32,000 bases of DNA from Candidatus Omnitrophota bacterium (GTDB taxonomy: Bacteria > Omnitrophota > Gorgyraeia > Duberdicusellales > 4484-171), in assembly GCA_021735045.1 (NCBI GenBank), contig JAIPHU010000004.1, forward strand, positions 39,888-71,887. Reading direction: 5' to 3'. Shown here in pieces: positions 1-8,764 of the stretch. Each line of letters begins with the position of its first letter. The first letter of the stretch is position 1. Below the pieces are notes generated by a model. It saw only the letters and a list, made by a program, of their open reading frames with translations, was not told the origin of the DNA and did not search any database. Made by a program: the position numbers and the translations under genes.

Positions 1-399
1 CCGAAGATGCATCTAGCAATTGAGGCGATTGCCAGAGGCGGGATCAGAGCTAGGGATATTAGAAAGATCCCCAGAGATTATGATCTTTATAGGGTAAAGG
101 AAGATTATTCTTATAATCTAGATGGTGTTATTTCTTATCTAGTTGATAAGCTCAACGAAAGATATGATTATCCCGGTGTTCTCTGGTTAGGATTTATAAA
201 GTTACTTGCAAAGACCGGCCTTCCGTTTAAAGTTACAGCTAACAATTGGCAGAAGCGGCGAGATCATTTTTGTTCAGAGCTTTGCTCTGAAGCATTCTTC
301 TATGGCGGAGGGCTAGATATTGTGCCAGAACAACCAGCAGCGAACATAACTTCCCCGGCCGATATTGCGAATAGCTCAGTCATAGAAACTGTACAATAA
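1..399 (+). CDS. C-terminal part of a permuted papain-like (NlpC/P60 superfamily, YiiX-like) hydrolase; ORF is open to the window edge
   Basis: Frame has no stop from nt 1 to the listed Met at 7. His comes early (MHLAIEA) and Cys late (RRDHFCSELCSEAF), the order expected for permuted NlpC/P60 enzymes. A strong terminator follows. Confidence 0.4.
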   Translation, partial: PKMHLAIEAIARGGIRARDIRKIPRDYDLYRVKEDYSYNLDGVISYLVDKLNERYDYPGVLWLGFIKLLAKTGLPFKVTANNWQKRRDHFCSELCSEAFFYGGGLDIVPEQPAANITSPADIANSSVIETVQ

Positions 400-401
400 C
401 C

Positions 402-430
402 AATTCCCACCTCCGAGGTGGGAATTTTTT
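402..430 (+). terminator. Rho-independent terminator
   Basis: Perfect 10-bp stem aattcccacc (402-411) / ggtgggaatt (417-426), 5-nt loop, then a T-run. Confidence 0.8.
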
Positions 431-457
431 GCCCCAATCCAAAGCAGGTGGTATAAT
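429..457 (+). promoter_or_regulatory. sigma70-like promoter, TTGCCC-N17-TATAAT with TG extension
   Basis: ttgccc at 429-434 and tgGTATAAT at 449-457, upstream of the 609 ORF. Confidence 0.45.
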
Positions 458-608
458 TATAAAAACAACAACAGACACCTTTTTAATAAAGTAAATCCTG
501 ATAAAAGTCATCTGCGGAAAGAAACAGAAGAGGGGCCTTCTCGCTGAAAGTTAAGTAGTACGTGTCACGGATTTTTTTAAACAAGTTTATAAGAAGGAGG
601 AAGAGTTA

Positions 609-1535
609 ATGGATAGAGCTAAAAGTTACACTATTATATCTGCATTATTTCTTGGTATAGCAAATATTTTATACTGGTTTATTCTTCCGCTAATCTTTGC
701 GTTGAAATACCCTGGTGGTCTACGAGGACCGATTATGCGTTGTATGGTTTCGCCTTCGTTAGAAATAAAAGTAATTATTTATATCATATCAGGGTTGGTG
801 ATTTTAGGGATGATCTTGTTTATTACCGGTATTATAATTTCTTTTACGAAGAAAAACTGGAGTAAACTGTTAATAATTATTACTACGATTTTAGTATTTA
901 TGTCTATTCCTTTTATGTTTCATTTAGTAAAATTTTTTGTTGGTTCAGTAAAAAATTTTCGATATTCAATCAGTTCTTATATTGGTCCCGCATCGATTTC
1001 CAGAGATATGTCATCATGGAAGATGTTTAAAAGCCAGAGCGATAAGTATAAAATTCAATATCCACCAGAGATGGTAAAAACTCGATTTTATTACCGTAAT
1101 CCTGAAGAGACCAAAGGTTTAAAGAAGGGTCGCCCTTATGATTTCACATCATTCGTTTTAAAGGAGAATAATTATTCTGGAAAAAAGTATTACCCGTTTG
1201 AAGTTTATATAGGCGTACATCTAAATGAGGAAGGCTTATCGCCTTTAGCATTTGAAATAAACAAAGTTAAACAGAACCAAAGAGAAATAAGTAATTACCA
1301 GGTGCTGTCAAAATCAAAAATTAACATTGCTGGAGTAGAAGGTGTAGTAGATCATACATTAGTAAAAAAAGGAAATGATGCCAAACGATTTGTAAGGTAT
1401 TTTATTCCTTACAAGAATGAGATGATAATAATTGTTGGTTTAATTGGCAAGGAAAAAGAATATATCCCCGAATACCATAAGACCTTTATGGACATGCTTT
1501 CGACTTTTAAATTTATGCCAAAAAAAAGAAAATAG
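609..1535 (+). CDS. hypothetical membrane protein (about 4 N-terminal TM helices plus a soluble C-terminal domain)
   Basis: Long ORF with AAGGAGG 8 nt upstream of the ATG. Hydrophobic N-terminal third. No motif I recognise. Confidence 0.6.
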   Translation: MDRAKSYTIISALFLGIANILYWFILPLIFALKYPGGLRGPIMRCMVSPSLEIKVIIYIISGLVILGMILFITGIIISFTKKNWSKLLIIITTILVFMSIPFMFHLVKFFVGSVKNFRYSISSYIGPASISRDMSSWKMFKSQSDKYKIQYPPEMVKTRFYYRNPEETKGLKKGRPYDFTSFVLKENNYSGKKYYPFEVYIGVHLNEEGLSPLAFEINKVKQNQREISNYQVLSKSKINIAGVEGVVDHTLVKKGNDAKRFVRYFIPYKNEMIIIVGLIGKEKEYIPEYHKTFMDMLSTFKFMPKKRK

Positions 1536-1677
1536 GGGCAGCAATCCAATTAACTCCTTACACAATCCTGCCTTTTTGTTATAATACTGCTTAGATAAAA
1601 CAAGGACAAGATAAAACAGAAACAGACATCTTTTATATCGCAGAGCGCAAAGCGCTTAGCGCAGAGCAAATTAGAAA

Positions 1678-3597
1678 ATGATTAGGTTAAATAATATTTC
1701 TAAAAGTTACGGAGTAAGGACCCTGTTTGACGGGATCAACCTTACAATCAATCGGGGCCTCAAGTGTGGCCTAGTGGGGCCAAATGGTGCCGGAAAAAGT
1801 ACTCTCTTTTCGCTGATTCTTGGCTCACAAGAACCAACTTCCGGGCAGGTGCAGATAAAAAAGCAGGTCTCGATTGGATACTTGCCTCAGGAGATGTCTT
1901 TTGAGTCTAACGATTCGGTCTTATCCGAAGCTACCAAAGGGGATCACTCGATGCGGCGGATGGTTAAGGAGAAGAAAAAGCTGGAAGATGCCGGTAAGGC
2001 TGGCTCAAAAAAGTATGGCGACATATTACATAAGTTAGAGTTTAAGGGGTATTTTCAGTTAGAGCATAAAGCGGAGAAGATCCTCACCGGCTTAGGCTTT
2101 ACCGAAAAGATGCTGGCACAACCGGTAAACGAACTTTCCGGCGGCTGGGGAATGAGGATCTATTTAGCCCGGCTTTTAACTTCCCATTACGATATCTTGC
2201 TTCTTGATGAACCGATGAACCATCTTGATTTAGCGGCGGCGTTATGGTTTAAAGACTATCTGTTAAAATTTAACGGAACCTTTATTATGATCTCCCACGA
2301 TAAGGATTTCTTAGAACAAGTAACCGATCATATCTTAGTATTGGAAAATGAAACGATCACTAAAGTTAAAGGTAACTATCAGAATTATGAGAAGATACAA
2401 AGCCAAAAAGCAAGCCATCTGTTAAAGCAAGCAGCAGAACAAGCCAAGAAACGCAAACAACTGCAAGATTTTATCGCTCGTTTTCACGGCCAGCCGACTA
2501 AAGCTGCCCAGGTCCGGGCAAAGAGAAAGATGATTGAGAAGATGGAAAAGATTGACCTGCCTTTCCGACGCAGGGAAAGTGTGAGAAACTTCCAATTTCC
2601 CGGTACTAAAAATAGCGGCTATCAAGTTATTCGTTTAGAAGATGCCTCTAAATCCTATGGCGATCTAAAAGTATACCAAAATCTTGATTTTGAGATTGTC
2701 CGTCAGGAAAAAGCAGTCTTAGCCGGTATTAATGGGGCCGGCAAGTCTACTTTGTTAAAAATATTAGCCGGAGAAATTGATCTTGATTCTGGCCGGCGCC
2801 GGGTAGGCAGTAATGTCGGTATCGGCTATTTTTCCCAGAGGAGAATGGAGATGCTCAGCGCCTCAAATACAGTCTTTGATGAAGTCTATTCTGCTGCGGA
2901 GGGAAATTGTTCGGAACAAAGAATCAGGACAATCTTAAGTTTATTCTTGTTTACCGGCGATGATGTTAGCAAAAAGGTAGAAATTTTATCCGGCGGAGAA
3001 AAGAGCCGTCTTATTTTAGCCAAACTATTGATTAATCCACCTAATTTTCTGTTACTGGATGAGCCGACCATTCATTTAGATATTGATGCTACCGAGGCTT
3101 TGATCCGCGCCCTTAAGGTTTATCAGGGAACTTTAGTCTTTATTAGCCACGATATCCATTTTGTCCGTTCGGTAGCTAATGTCGTTTATGAGGTTCGCAA
3201 TGGTAAAATCAGAAAATTTCCCGGCAATTTTGATTACTATTGGCAAAGAGCCAAGGAGAAAGGTTTTGTGGAAGACGCAAATTACAAACAGCCGAAACCG
3301 GCTAAAAAAGTAAAGTCAGCTCGAGATATTGCGAAAGAAGAAAAAAAATTAGAAAGGCAAAAAATTAAACAGCAGCAAAAGCAGAATGCGGCTCTTTCAA
3401 AAAAGATAAAAGCTTTACGCAAAGAAAAAGAAAAAATAGAAATCGACCGGAATGTAAAAGCACGAATTTTATCTAACCCCCGTAGTTACCATAATAAGAA
3501 GATGGTTATTGATTATGGAGCTAAACTGAAAGTAATCGAGCAAAGGCTTAAAGCCATAGATGCTGAAATAGCGAAGCTGGAAGGTTCTTTTCTGTAG
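1678..3597 (+). CDS. ABC-F family ATPase (two ABC domains, no TM domain, Lys-rich coiled-coil tail; Uup/YheS-like)
   Basis: Walker A GPNGAGKST and GINGAGKST; signatures LSGGWGMR and LSGGEKSR; Walker B LLLDEP twice; C-terminal KEEKKLERQKIKQQQK coiled coil. Confidence 0.9.
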   Translation: MIRLNNISKSYGVRTLFDGINLTINRGLKCGLVGPNGAGKSTLFSLILGSQEPTSGQVQIKKQVSIGYLPQEMSFESNDSVLSEATKGDHSMRRMVKEKKKLEDAGKAGSKKYGDILHKLEFKGYFQLEHKAEKILTGLGFTEKMLAQPVNELSGGWGMRIYLARLLTSHYDILLLDEPMNHLDLAAALWFKDYLLKFNGTFIMISHDKDFLEQVTDHILVLENETITKVKGNYQNYEKIQSQKASHLLKQAAEQAKKRKQLQDFIARFHGQPTKAAQVRAKRKMIEKMEKIDLPFRRRESVRNFQFPGTKNSGYQVIRLEDASKSYGDLKVYQNLDFEIVRQEKAVLAGINGAGKSTLLKILAGEIDLDSGRRRVGSNVGIGYFSQRRMEMLSASNTVFDEVYSAAEGNCSEQRIRTILSLFLFTGDDVSKKVEILSGGEKSRLILAKLLINPPNFLLLDEPTIHLDIDATEALIRALKVYQGTLVFISHDIHFVRSVANVVYEVRNGKIRKFPGNFDYYWQRAKEKGFVEDANYKQPKPAKKVKSARDIAKEEKKLERQKIKQQQKQNAALSKKIKALRKEKEKIEIDRNVKARILSNPRSYHNKKMVIDYGAKLKVIEQRLKAIDAEIAKLEGSFL

Positions 3598-3673
3598 TGA
3601 GCTTGCCAAAATATCTTTTAATTAATAGTTGTTTTGGTATAATTAAGCAAAAGAATAGATTATAAAAAAACCT

Positions 3674-4531
3674 ATGAAAATAAGTCAAATACTAAACAGT
3701 ACCGAGCGTGGTGTGGCTTTTGAATTTTTCCCTCCCCGAAGCCAGAAATCAGCAGCAGCACTTAAAAACACCCTGAAAGCATTAAAAAAATATAACCCCT
3801 TATATGTTTCGATGACCTGCGGAGCCGGCGGGAGTAGTTATGAAACTACCCAGGATGCGGTAAATATTTTACTGGAGGAGAAAGATTTAACGGTAATGCC
3901 CCATCTTACTTGTCTGAGCACCGAACCTTCCGCAGTTCGCGAGATACTTCAAAATTATAAAGATTTAGGAATTGCCAATATTATGGCTTTGCGGGGTGAT
4001 ATCTTACCCGAATCTGAGGAAGCTAATCTAGCCGGTGAGTTTAAATTCGCTAAAGATCTAATCAAGCTAATTAAAGAGGATGGCCATTTTGATATCGGGG
4101 CTGCGGTTTATCCCGAGGGCCATATTGAAATGAGATCCTTAGATCAAGATCTAAAATATACCAAAGAAAAGATAGATTGCGGAGTCGATTTTGCCGTAAC
4201 CCAGATGTTTTTTGATAATCAATATTATTATCAGTTTTTAGAAAGAGCCCGCAGTAACGGAATCAATATCCCGATTTTACCGGGAATTTTACCGCTAACC
4301 AATATCGCAAAAGTCAAAGAATTTGCTTCAATTTGTCGAGCTACTATCCCTGCACAGATCGAAGAGAAATTAAGTCGTTTTTCAAAAAACCCTAAAGACA
4401 TGCAAAAGGCGGGAATCGAGTTAACGATTAAACAATGCAAAGATTTGATTGACCATGGCCACCAGCGTTTGCACTTTTTTACATTGAATAAAGCCAGCGT
4501 AATGCAAGAGATAATCGATGCCTTATTTTAA
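3674..4531 (+). CDS. metF: 5,10-methylenetetrahydrofolate reductase
   Basis: FEFFPP, MTCGAGGS, HLTC, ALRGD and FFTLN motifs; typical length of 285 aa. Confidence 0.9.
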   Translation: MKISQILNSTERGVAFEFFPPRSQKSAAALKNTLKALKKYNPLYVSMTCGAGGSSYETTQDAVNILLEEKDLTVMPHLTCLSTEPSAVREILQNYKDLGIANIMALRGDILPESEEANLAGEFKFAKDLIKLIKEDGHFDIGAAVYPEGHIEMRSLDQDLKYTKEKIDCGVDFAVTQMFFDNQYYYQFLERARSNGINIPILPGILPLTNIAKVKEFASICRATIPAQIEEKLSRFSKNPKDMQKAGIELTIKQCKDLIDHGHQRLHFFTLNKASVMQEIIDALF

Positions 4532-4538
4532 GAATATC

Positions 4539-4766
4539 ATGAAAAAAACCGCCTTATTTATTTTAATTGTTTTTTTGCTAGCAGGATGCGGAAGACGACG
4601 GGAATCGCTGCGCTACGATCGGAGAGAAACTGCCTTGATAGCAAAAGAGCAGAGGATAAATAGCCAGACAGAAATCCTGATCGACGGAGCAATTATCGGC
4701 GGCGGCCTGGTGCTCTTAATTAGCCTAATCGGCTTTGCCGTCTTCTACTCTCTAGGAAAAAAATGA
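4539..4766 (+). CDS. small lipoprotein with a C-terminal TM helix
   Basis: MKKTALFILIVFLLAGC is a classic lipobox signal. I prefer this internal Met over the 4518 start, which overlaps metF. Hydrophobic C-terminus. Confidence 0.5.
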   Translation: MKKTALFILIVFLLAGCGRRRESLRYDRRETALIAKEQRINSQTEILIDGAIIGGGLVLLISLIGFAVFYSLGKK

Positions 4767-5269
4767 AAAAGAAAGTAACAGTTAATGACAAGATGCAACG
4801 GGGTTATAGCTATTATTTGACTGAACCAATAGGAAAGAACTTTGATCCTGAATTTCAGCCAGAACTTACACCAAAAGAAATGTTAGAGTTGGGGGTTTTT
4901 GGGGGTAAATACATGACCGATTGCCAGAAAGAGTTTCCCAGCTCTTGGTATAAAAAAGCTAAACTCTGTGCCGAAGAACACGATCCACAGCTAAACTATT
5001 TTGGCGTAAATGCCAGCCAGCCGCTTGCTGTATGGCGCAAAAAAGGCTGGATTTATAAAGATGACCCGCGGGGGTGGTTTCAGTGGTATTGCCGTTATTA
5101 TATGGGAAGGCGGATTCAGGAAGAAGACAGGCGCCAGATAAAAAGACAGAAAGCAATTAAAAGACACATCGCCCAAATTAAAAAGAACTGTAAAAAAGGT
5201 GACCTTAACTGCCGGCCCAAACAGCGCCAAGCAGTCTTAAACTGGGCCTATGATAGCAGGAAACTATAA
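4763..5269 (+). CDS. conserved hypothetical cytoplasmic protein with a basic C-terminus
   Basis: ATGA overlap with the upstream ORF. Cleanly coding, with Trp/Tyr-rich DPRGWFQWYCRYYMGRR. I cannot name the family. Confidence 0.55.
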   Translation: MKKKVTVNDKMQRGYSYYLTEPIGKNFDPEFQPELTPKEMLELGVFGGKYMTDCQKEFPSSWYKKAKLCAEEHDPQLNYFGVNASQPLAVWRKKGWIYKDDPRGWFQWYCRYYMGRRIQEEDRRQIKRQKAIKRHIAQIKKNCKKGDLNCRPKQRQAVLNWAYDSRKL

Positions 5270-5338
5270 GTTATAACAAAAGAGGCTGATGATTTGCCTG
5301 TATCGAGATAATATCGGCACAGAATTAGGGGGAAAACG

Positions 5339-6082
5339 ATGAAAAATAAATGGAGATGGCAGTTGTTTTTAGGTTTAGGACTAATTTTTTTATCGGCTTT
5401 TGTTTATTTTATCCATTATCTTATTTTTAGGGATATGCATCACATTTTTATCTACCTGATCGGAGATATTGGGTTTGTTTTTCTAGAAGTTCTACTGGTG
5501 ACGTTAATCATCCACCAGCTGCTTGTTCAGCAGGAAAAACAAATGTTAATTAAAAAGCTGAATATGGTGATTGGTGTTTTTTTTAGTGAAGTAGGCACAA
5601 GTTTATTAAAACAAATTGCCGTTTTTGATAAAAAAGTTAAAGATATTTCTGGCCACTTAGGAGTTAACAGTGATTGGACTAACAAAGAGTTTAGTAGTCT
5701 TAAAAAATATTTATACCGCTATGATAGTGATATTGCTATAAGCAGAGCTGGTTTAGAACAATTACGAGATACTTTAGTTGCAAAACGCACTTTTTTAGTT
5801 AACTTGTTAGAAAATCCTAATTTATTAGAACATGATTCCTTTACAGACACTCTTTGGGCTGTTTTCCATTTAGCAGAAGAGCTATCTAAGAGAGAGGGCT
5901 TTGCTAACTTACCCCAGGCAGATTTAGAGCATTTAGCTAAAGATATCAAGAGATCTTATCAAAACTTAATCGGCGAATGGATTGATTACATCCAACACTT
6001 AAAACAAAGTTATCCTTATCTTTTCTCTTTAGCAATCCGCACCAATCCTTTTAACGAATCCGCCTCAGTGGTAATTAATTGA
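5339..6082 (+). CDS. hypothetical membrane-anchored protein (2 TM helices plus a helical cytoplasmic domain)
   Basis: GGGGGAAAACG precedes the ATG. Two N-terminal hydrophobic helices. No recognisable motif. Confidence 0.55.
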   Translation: MKNKWRWQLFLGLGLIFLSAFVYFIHYLIFRDMHHIFIYLIGDIGFVFLEVLLVTLIIHQLLVQQEKQMLIKKLNMVIGVFFSEVGTSLLKQIAVFDKKVKDISGHLGVNSDWTNKEFSSLKKYLYRYDSDIAISRAGLEQLRDTLVAKRTFLVNLLENPNLLEHDSFTDTLWAVFHLAEELSKREGFANLPQADLEHLAKDIKRSYQNLIGEWIDYIQHLKQSYPYLFSLAIRTNPFNESASVVIN

Positions 6083-6112
6083 AACAAAATTTGTTTCCCT
6101 AAGTTGCATAAC

Positions 6113-6141
6113 TTGACCCTTAAAACTGCCGGCGTTATAAT
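6113..6141 (+). promoter_or_regulatory. sigma70-like promoter, TTGACC-N17-TATAAT
   Basis: ttgacc at 6113-6118 and tataat at 6136-6141, upstream of the K+ channel gene. Confidence 0.55.
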
Positions 6142-6210
6142 AGTTGTAAATTATTTTTTTTAGCTCAAGAAGAAAGGGGAAAGTTTAGCAGGAAAAGTTG
6201 TTTTAATTAT

Positions 6211-6900
6211 ATGAAAAAATTAAAGTTCAACATCTTAAAGAAAATACTTGGGTTTAAAACAAGCGAACAAAGTTTTGCGTTTCTGATCCTTATTCTCATC
6301 ACATTCATATTAATTGAACCAATCGTTAAAGATTTAGGTTTTTTGGCAAATATCATCACCAGCATTGTTATTTCCTTTGTTCCTTTTGCAATTATCCGTG
6401 CTGCCGGAAAAAATAAAAAAGAACGCAGAAGGGCTTTTATGATCGGTATTATTTTTTTGATCCTTGTTTGGCTGAATGTTTTGGTAGAAGCCCACTTTAT
6501 GAGAATTCTTTTCTCGCTTTATTTAATAGTGTTTTATGTTTATCCTTTAAGAATAATAGTTAGACATCTTCTTACTTCAAGAAAAATAACTTTAAACACG
6601 ATTTATGCTGCGATTGCCGGTTATCTTCTGATTGGGTTGGCATGGGCTTCAATTTATACTGCGATAAATATTTTAAAACCGGGATCTTTTTTAAATATTG
6701 AAGGGGTAAATGACAGTATCTATTACAGCTTCTTAACTCTTACTACTTTAGGCTATGGAGATATAGTACCCCTTACAGCTTTGGCTAAAAGAGTAGCAGT
6801 TTTAGAAAGTATGGTCGGCGTTCTTTATAATGCGATAGTTATTGCTTTTATAGTGGGAATATATATAAGCGAAAGGCTTGCAAAAAAAGAAAGCGAATAA
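6211..6900 (+). CDS. potassium channel (about 6 TM helices, no attached cytoplasmic regulatory domain)
   Basis: Canonical selectivity filter TLTTLGYGD, flanked by hydrophobic helices. Confidence 0.85.
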   Translation: MKKLKFNILKKILGFKTSEQSFAFLILILITFILIEPIVKDLGFLANIITSIVISFVPFAIIRAAGKNKKERRRAFMIGIIFLILVWLNVLVEAHFMRILFSLYLIVFYVYPLRIIVRHLLTSRKITLNTIYAAIAGYLLIGLAWASIYTAINILKPGSFLNIEGVNDSIYYSFLTLTTLGYGDIVPLTALAKRVAVLESMVGVLYNAIVIAFIVGIYISERLAKKESE

Positions 6901-6925
6901 TTAAAAAAGGGGAGGGTAAACAGTT

Positions 6926-7180
6926 ATGGATTTTACCATTGATCCAATTAGTCTGGTTAACTTAATACTTTGCGTGATCATTGTAATTTTAGCTTCGCTT
7001 CGCTTTAGAAAAAACAAAAACACAACTGCCTTTTTTATCGGATTTGCCTTTGGCTTATTTGGTATCTCCCACCTTTTGATCTTTTTTGGGTTAAAGTCGT
7101 CCTTGGAAAGTTTTTTGATTACAATCAGGATAATTGCCTATCTTTCAGTTATTGCGGCGGTTTATAAAATTGCGAAGTAA
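6926..7180 (+). CDS. small membrane protein
   Basis: GGGGAGGG RBS upstream; 84 aa with 2-3 hydrophobic helices. Confidence 0.5.
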   Translation: MDFTIDPISLVNLILCVIIVILASLRFRKNKNTTAFFIGFAFGLFGISHLLIFFGLKSSLESFLITIRIIAYLSVIAAVYKIAK

Positions 7181-7499
7181 TACTTTATGAGCAAAAGAAG
7201 ACAGCAATCTAAAAAATCAGATAAACGATAGCCGTCCAGAAAAAAACTCAATAAATTTAGATAAAATCACTGTTAAAGCAGAAGCCGCGGGAGCAGATTA
7301 CGCCCAATTTGTTAAACACAACCTGGATGAAATGTCCTGGCTTTATCCGTTTGACTTAACTGGCAACTAACCAAGGAGTTGCAAATCTAATGCAAGCTCG
7401 TTACAATACACTAAGCCTTGTTGAACTAATTGATTTTGTAAAATTAATTAAAAAATAAAATAGAAGCTGAGCTTAATAAGGTAGAGAGTGAGGTAAAGT

Positions 7500-8015
7500 A
7501 TGAGTGATAAATTTTCTTTAGATAAATATAAAAACAAAAGAAATTTTAAAGAAAGCCCGGAGCCAAAAGCAGAAAAAGCAGCAAGAAAAAATAAGCAGCC
7601 GTTATTTGTAGTCCAAAAACATGCGGCTAGCCGGCTTCATTATGATTTTCGCTTAGAGATTAAAGGAGTGCTTAAATCTTGGGCGGTACCGAAAGGCCCC
7701 TCCCTTAATCCTGCCGACAAACGCCTGGCAGTTGAGACCGAGGATCATCCGCTTGCTTATGCAAACTTTGAAGGAACAATTCCTAAGGGCCATTACGGAG
7801 CTGGTACGGTAGTGATTTGGGATAAAGGCACTTATCAAAACATAAAAAAGGATAAAACGGGAAAGGAAATAAAAATTGAAAAAAGTTATCAAAAAGGGCA
7901 AATGGAATTTAAACTTCAAGGTAAAAAATTAAAAGGTAATTTTGCTTTAATTAGATTTAAGCCAAAAAAACAATGGCTTTTAATTAAAATGAAAAATAAA
8001 AATATATCTTCTTGA
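7500..8015 (+). CDS. stand-alone DNA ligase D 3'-phosphoesterase (PE) domain protein
   Basis: FVVQKHAASRLHYDFRLE, SWAVPKGPSLNP, ETEDHPLAYANFEGTIPKGHYGAGTVVIWDKGTY and WLLIK match the LigD PE-domain signature. Confidence 0.85.
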   Translation: MSDKFSLDKYKNKRNFKESPEPKAEKAARKNKQPLFVVQKHAASRLHYDFRLEIKGVLKSWAVPKGPSLNPADKRLAVETEDHPLAYANFEGTIPKGHYGAGTVVIWDKGTYQNIKKDKTGKEIKIEKSYQKGQMEFKLQGKKLKGNFALIRFKPKKQWLLIKMKNKNISS

Positions 8016-8040
8016 ACTACTTAGCCTATAATCTAGTAAA

Positions 8041-8074
8041 GTAGTCTTATAAAATTATAGGGCTACTTTTTTTT
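8041..8074 (+). terminator. Rho-independent terminator between convergent genes
   Basis: Hairpin gtagtcttata (8041-8051) / tatagggctac (8056-8066), with G-U pairs, followed by eight T. Confidence 0.7.
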
Positions 8075-8090
8075 ATTAACTTACTTTCGA

Positions 8091-8363
8091 TTAGTTTTTT
8101 GGGGAGAACTTTTTTTGGCGGTAGTAAAGGATTACTGCTATCACCAGGCTGAATAAAGCTAAATTTACAATATTAAAGGTTTTCCAAACCAAGTCGCTGG
8201 ATTTAAAAGCTTCCGGGGCCATCAAGATAAAGCAAATCCAAACTCCTAAAGCCCAATGTAGGCTGATATCAGCAGATGATCTACGTTTTATCATTCTGGC
8301 AATTAGAGGGATATTCCAAAAAGGTAAAGCTATGGCTGCAATTAAAGCTATTTTTTCTGTCAT
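8091..8363 (-). CDS. PQ-loop / SemiSWEET-like 3-TM membrane protein
   Basis: 90 aa with 3 TM helices. The layout (IAAIALPFWNIPLIARMIKRRSSADISL ... SSDLVW ... NLALFSLVIAVILYYR) parallels bacterial SemiSWEETs, but the motif reads PL rather than PQ. Confidence 0.5.
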   Translation of the reverse strand: MTEKIALIAAIALPFWNIPLIARMIKRRSSADISLHWALGVWICFILMAPEAFKSSDLVWKTFNIVNLALFSLVIAVILYYRQKKFSPKN

Positions 8364-8501
8364 TTTTTCTCCTTTAATTTAAGAAATAATATACCATAAA
8401 TTATTGTAAAGTTAAAACTTATTTTTAACTTTGACCTTACAAAACCCAAGAGCTATAATACTTTAAATTCATCTAAAACAAAAATAATTAAGGAGGCAAA
8501 A

Positions 8502-8666
8502 ATGGATAAATTTAAAACAACCTTACAAGTTTCAAGATCGAAAGAAAATCCTGATATCTTTATTTTTACAATCTCTACACCGACCTTACGGACTCAATTT
8601 AAACTTCCTAAAAAAACTGTAAATCAACTCCGGGTTGATCTAGAAAGGCTTATTGTGGGAAAATAA
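8502..8666 (+). CDS. 54-aa orphan ORF (below the ORF-track cutoff)
   Basis: AAGGAGG 6 nt before the ATG at 8502. Translation: MDKFKTTLQVSRSKENPDIFIFTISTPTLRTQFKLPKKTVNQLRVDLERLIVGK, stop at 8664-8666. A TGnTATAAT-like element (gcTATAAT) lies near 8454. Confidence 0.4.
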   Translation: MDKFKTTLQVSRSKENPDIFIFTISTPTLRTQFKLPKKTVNQLRVDLERLIVGK

Positions 8667-8764
8667 TAAATTTACTTTTTAAAATAGATAGTTTGAAAAT
8701 AAATCAAGCTGTGGTAGAATATTTTTTCGTATAAATAAAATTAATATTATTTAGGGAGGTGGTG

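Noticed and set aside
3598-3673. A SAM or other riboswitch ahead of metF, and likewise ahead of metK/ahcY
   Set aside because: The leaders are too short for any known SAM riboswitch class: about 30 nt after the TATAAT for metF, and a few nt for metK and ahcY. I saw no conserved riboswitch core sequences.
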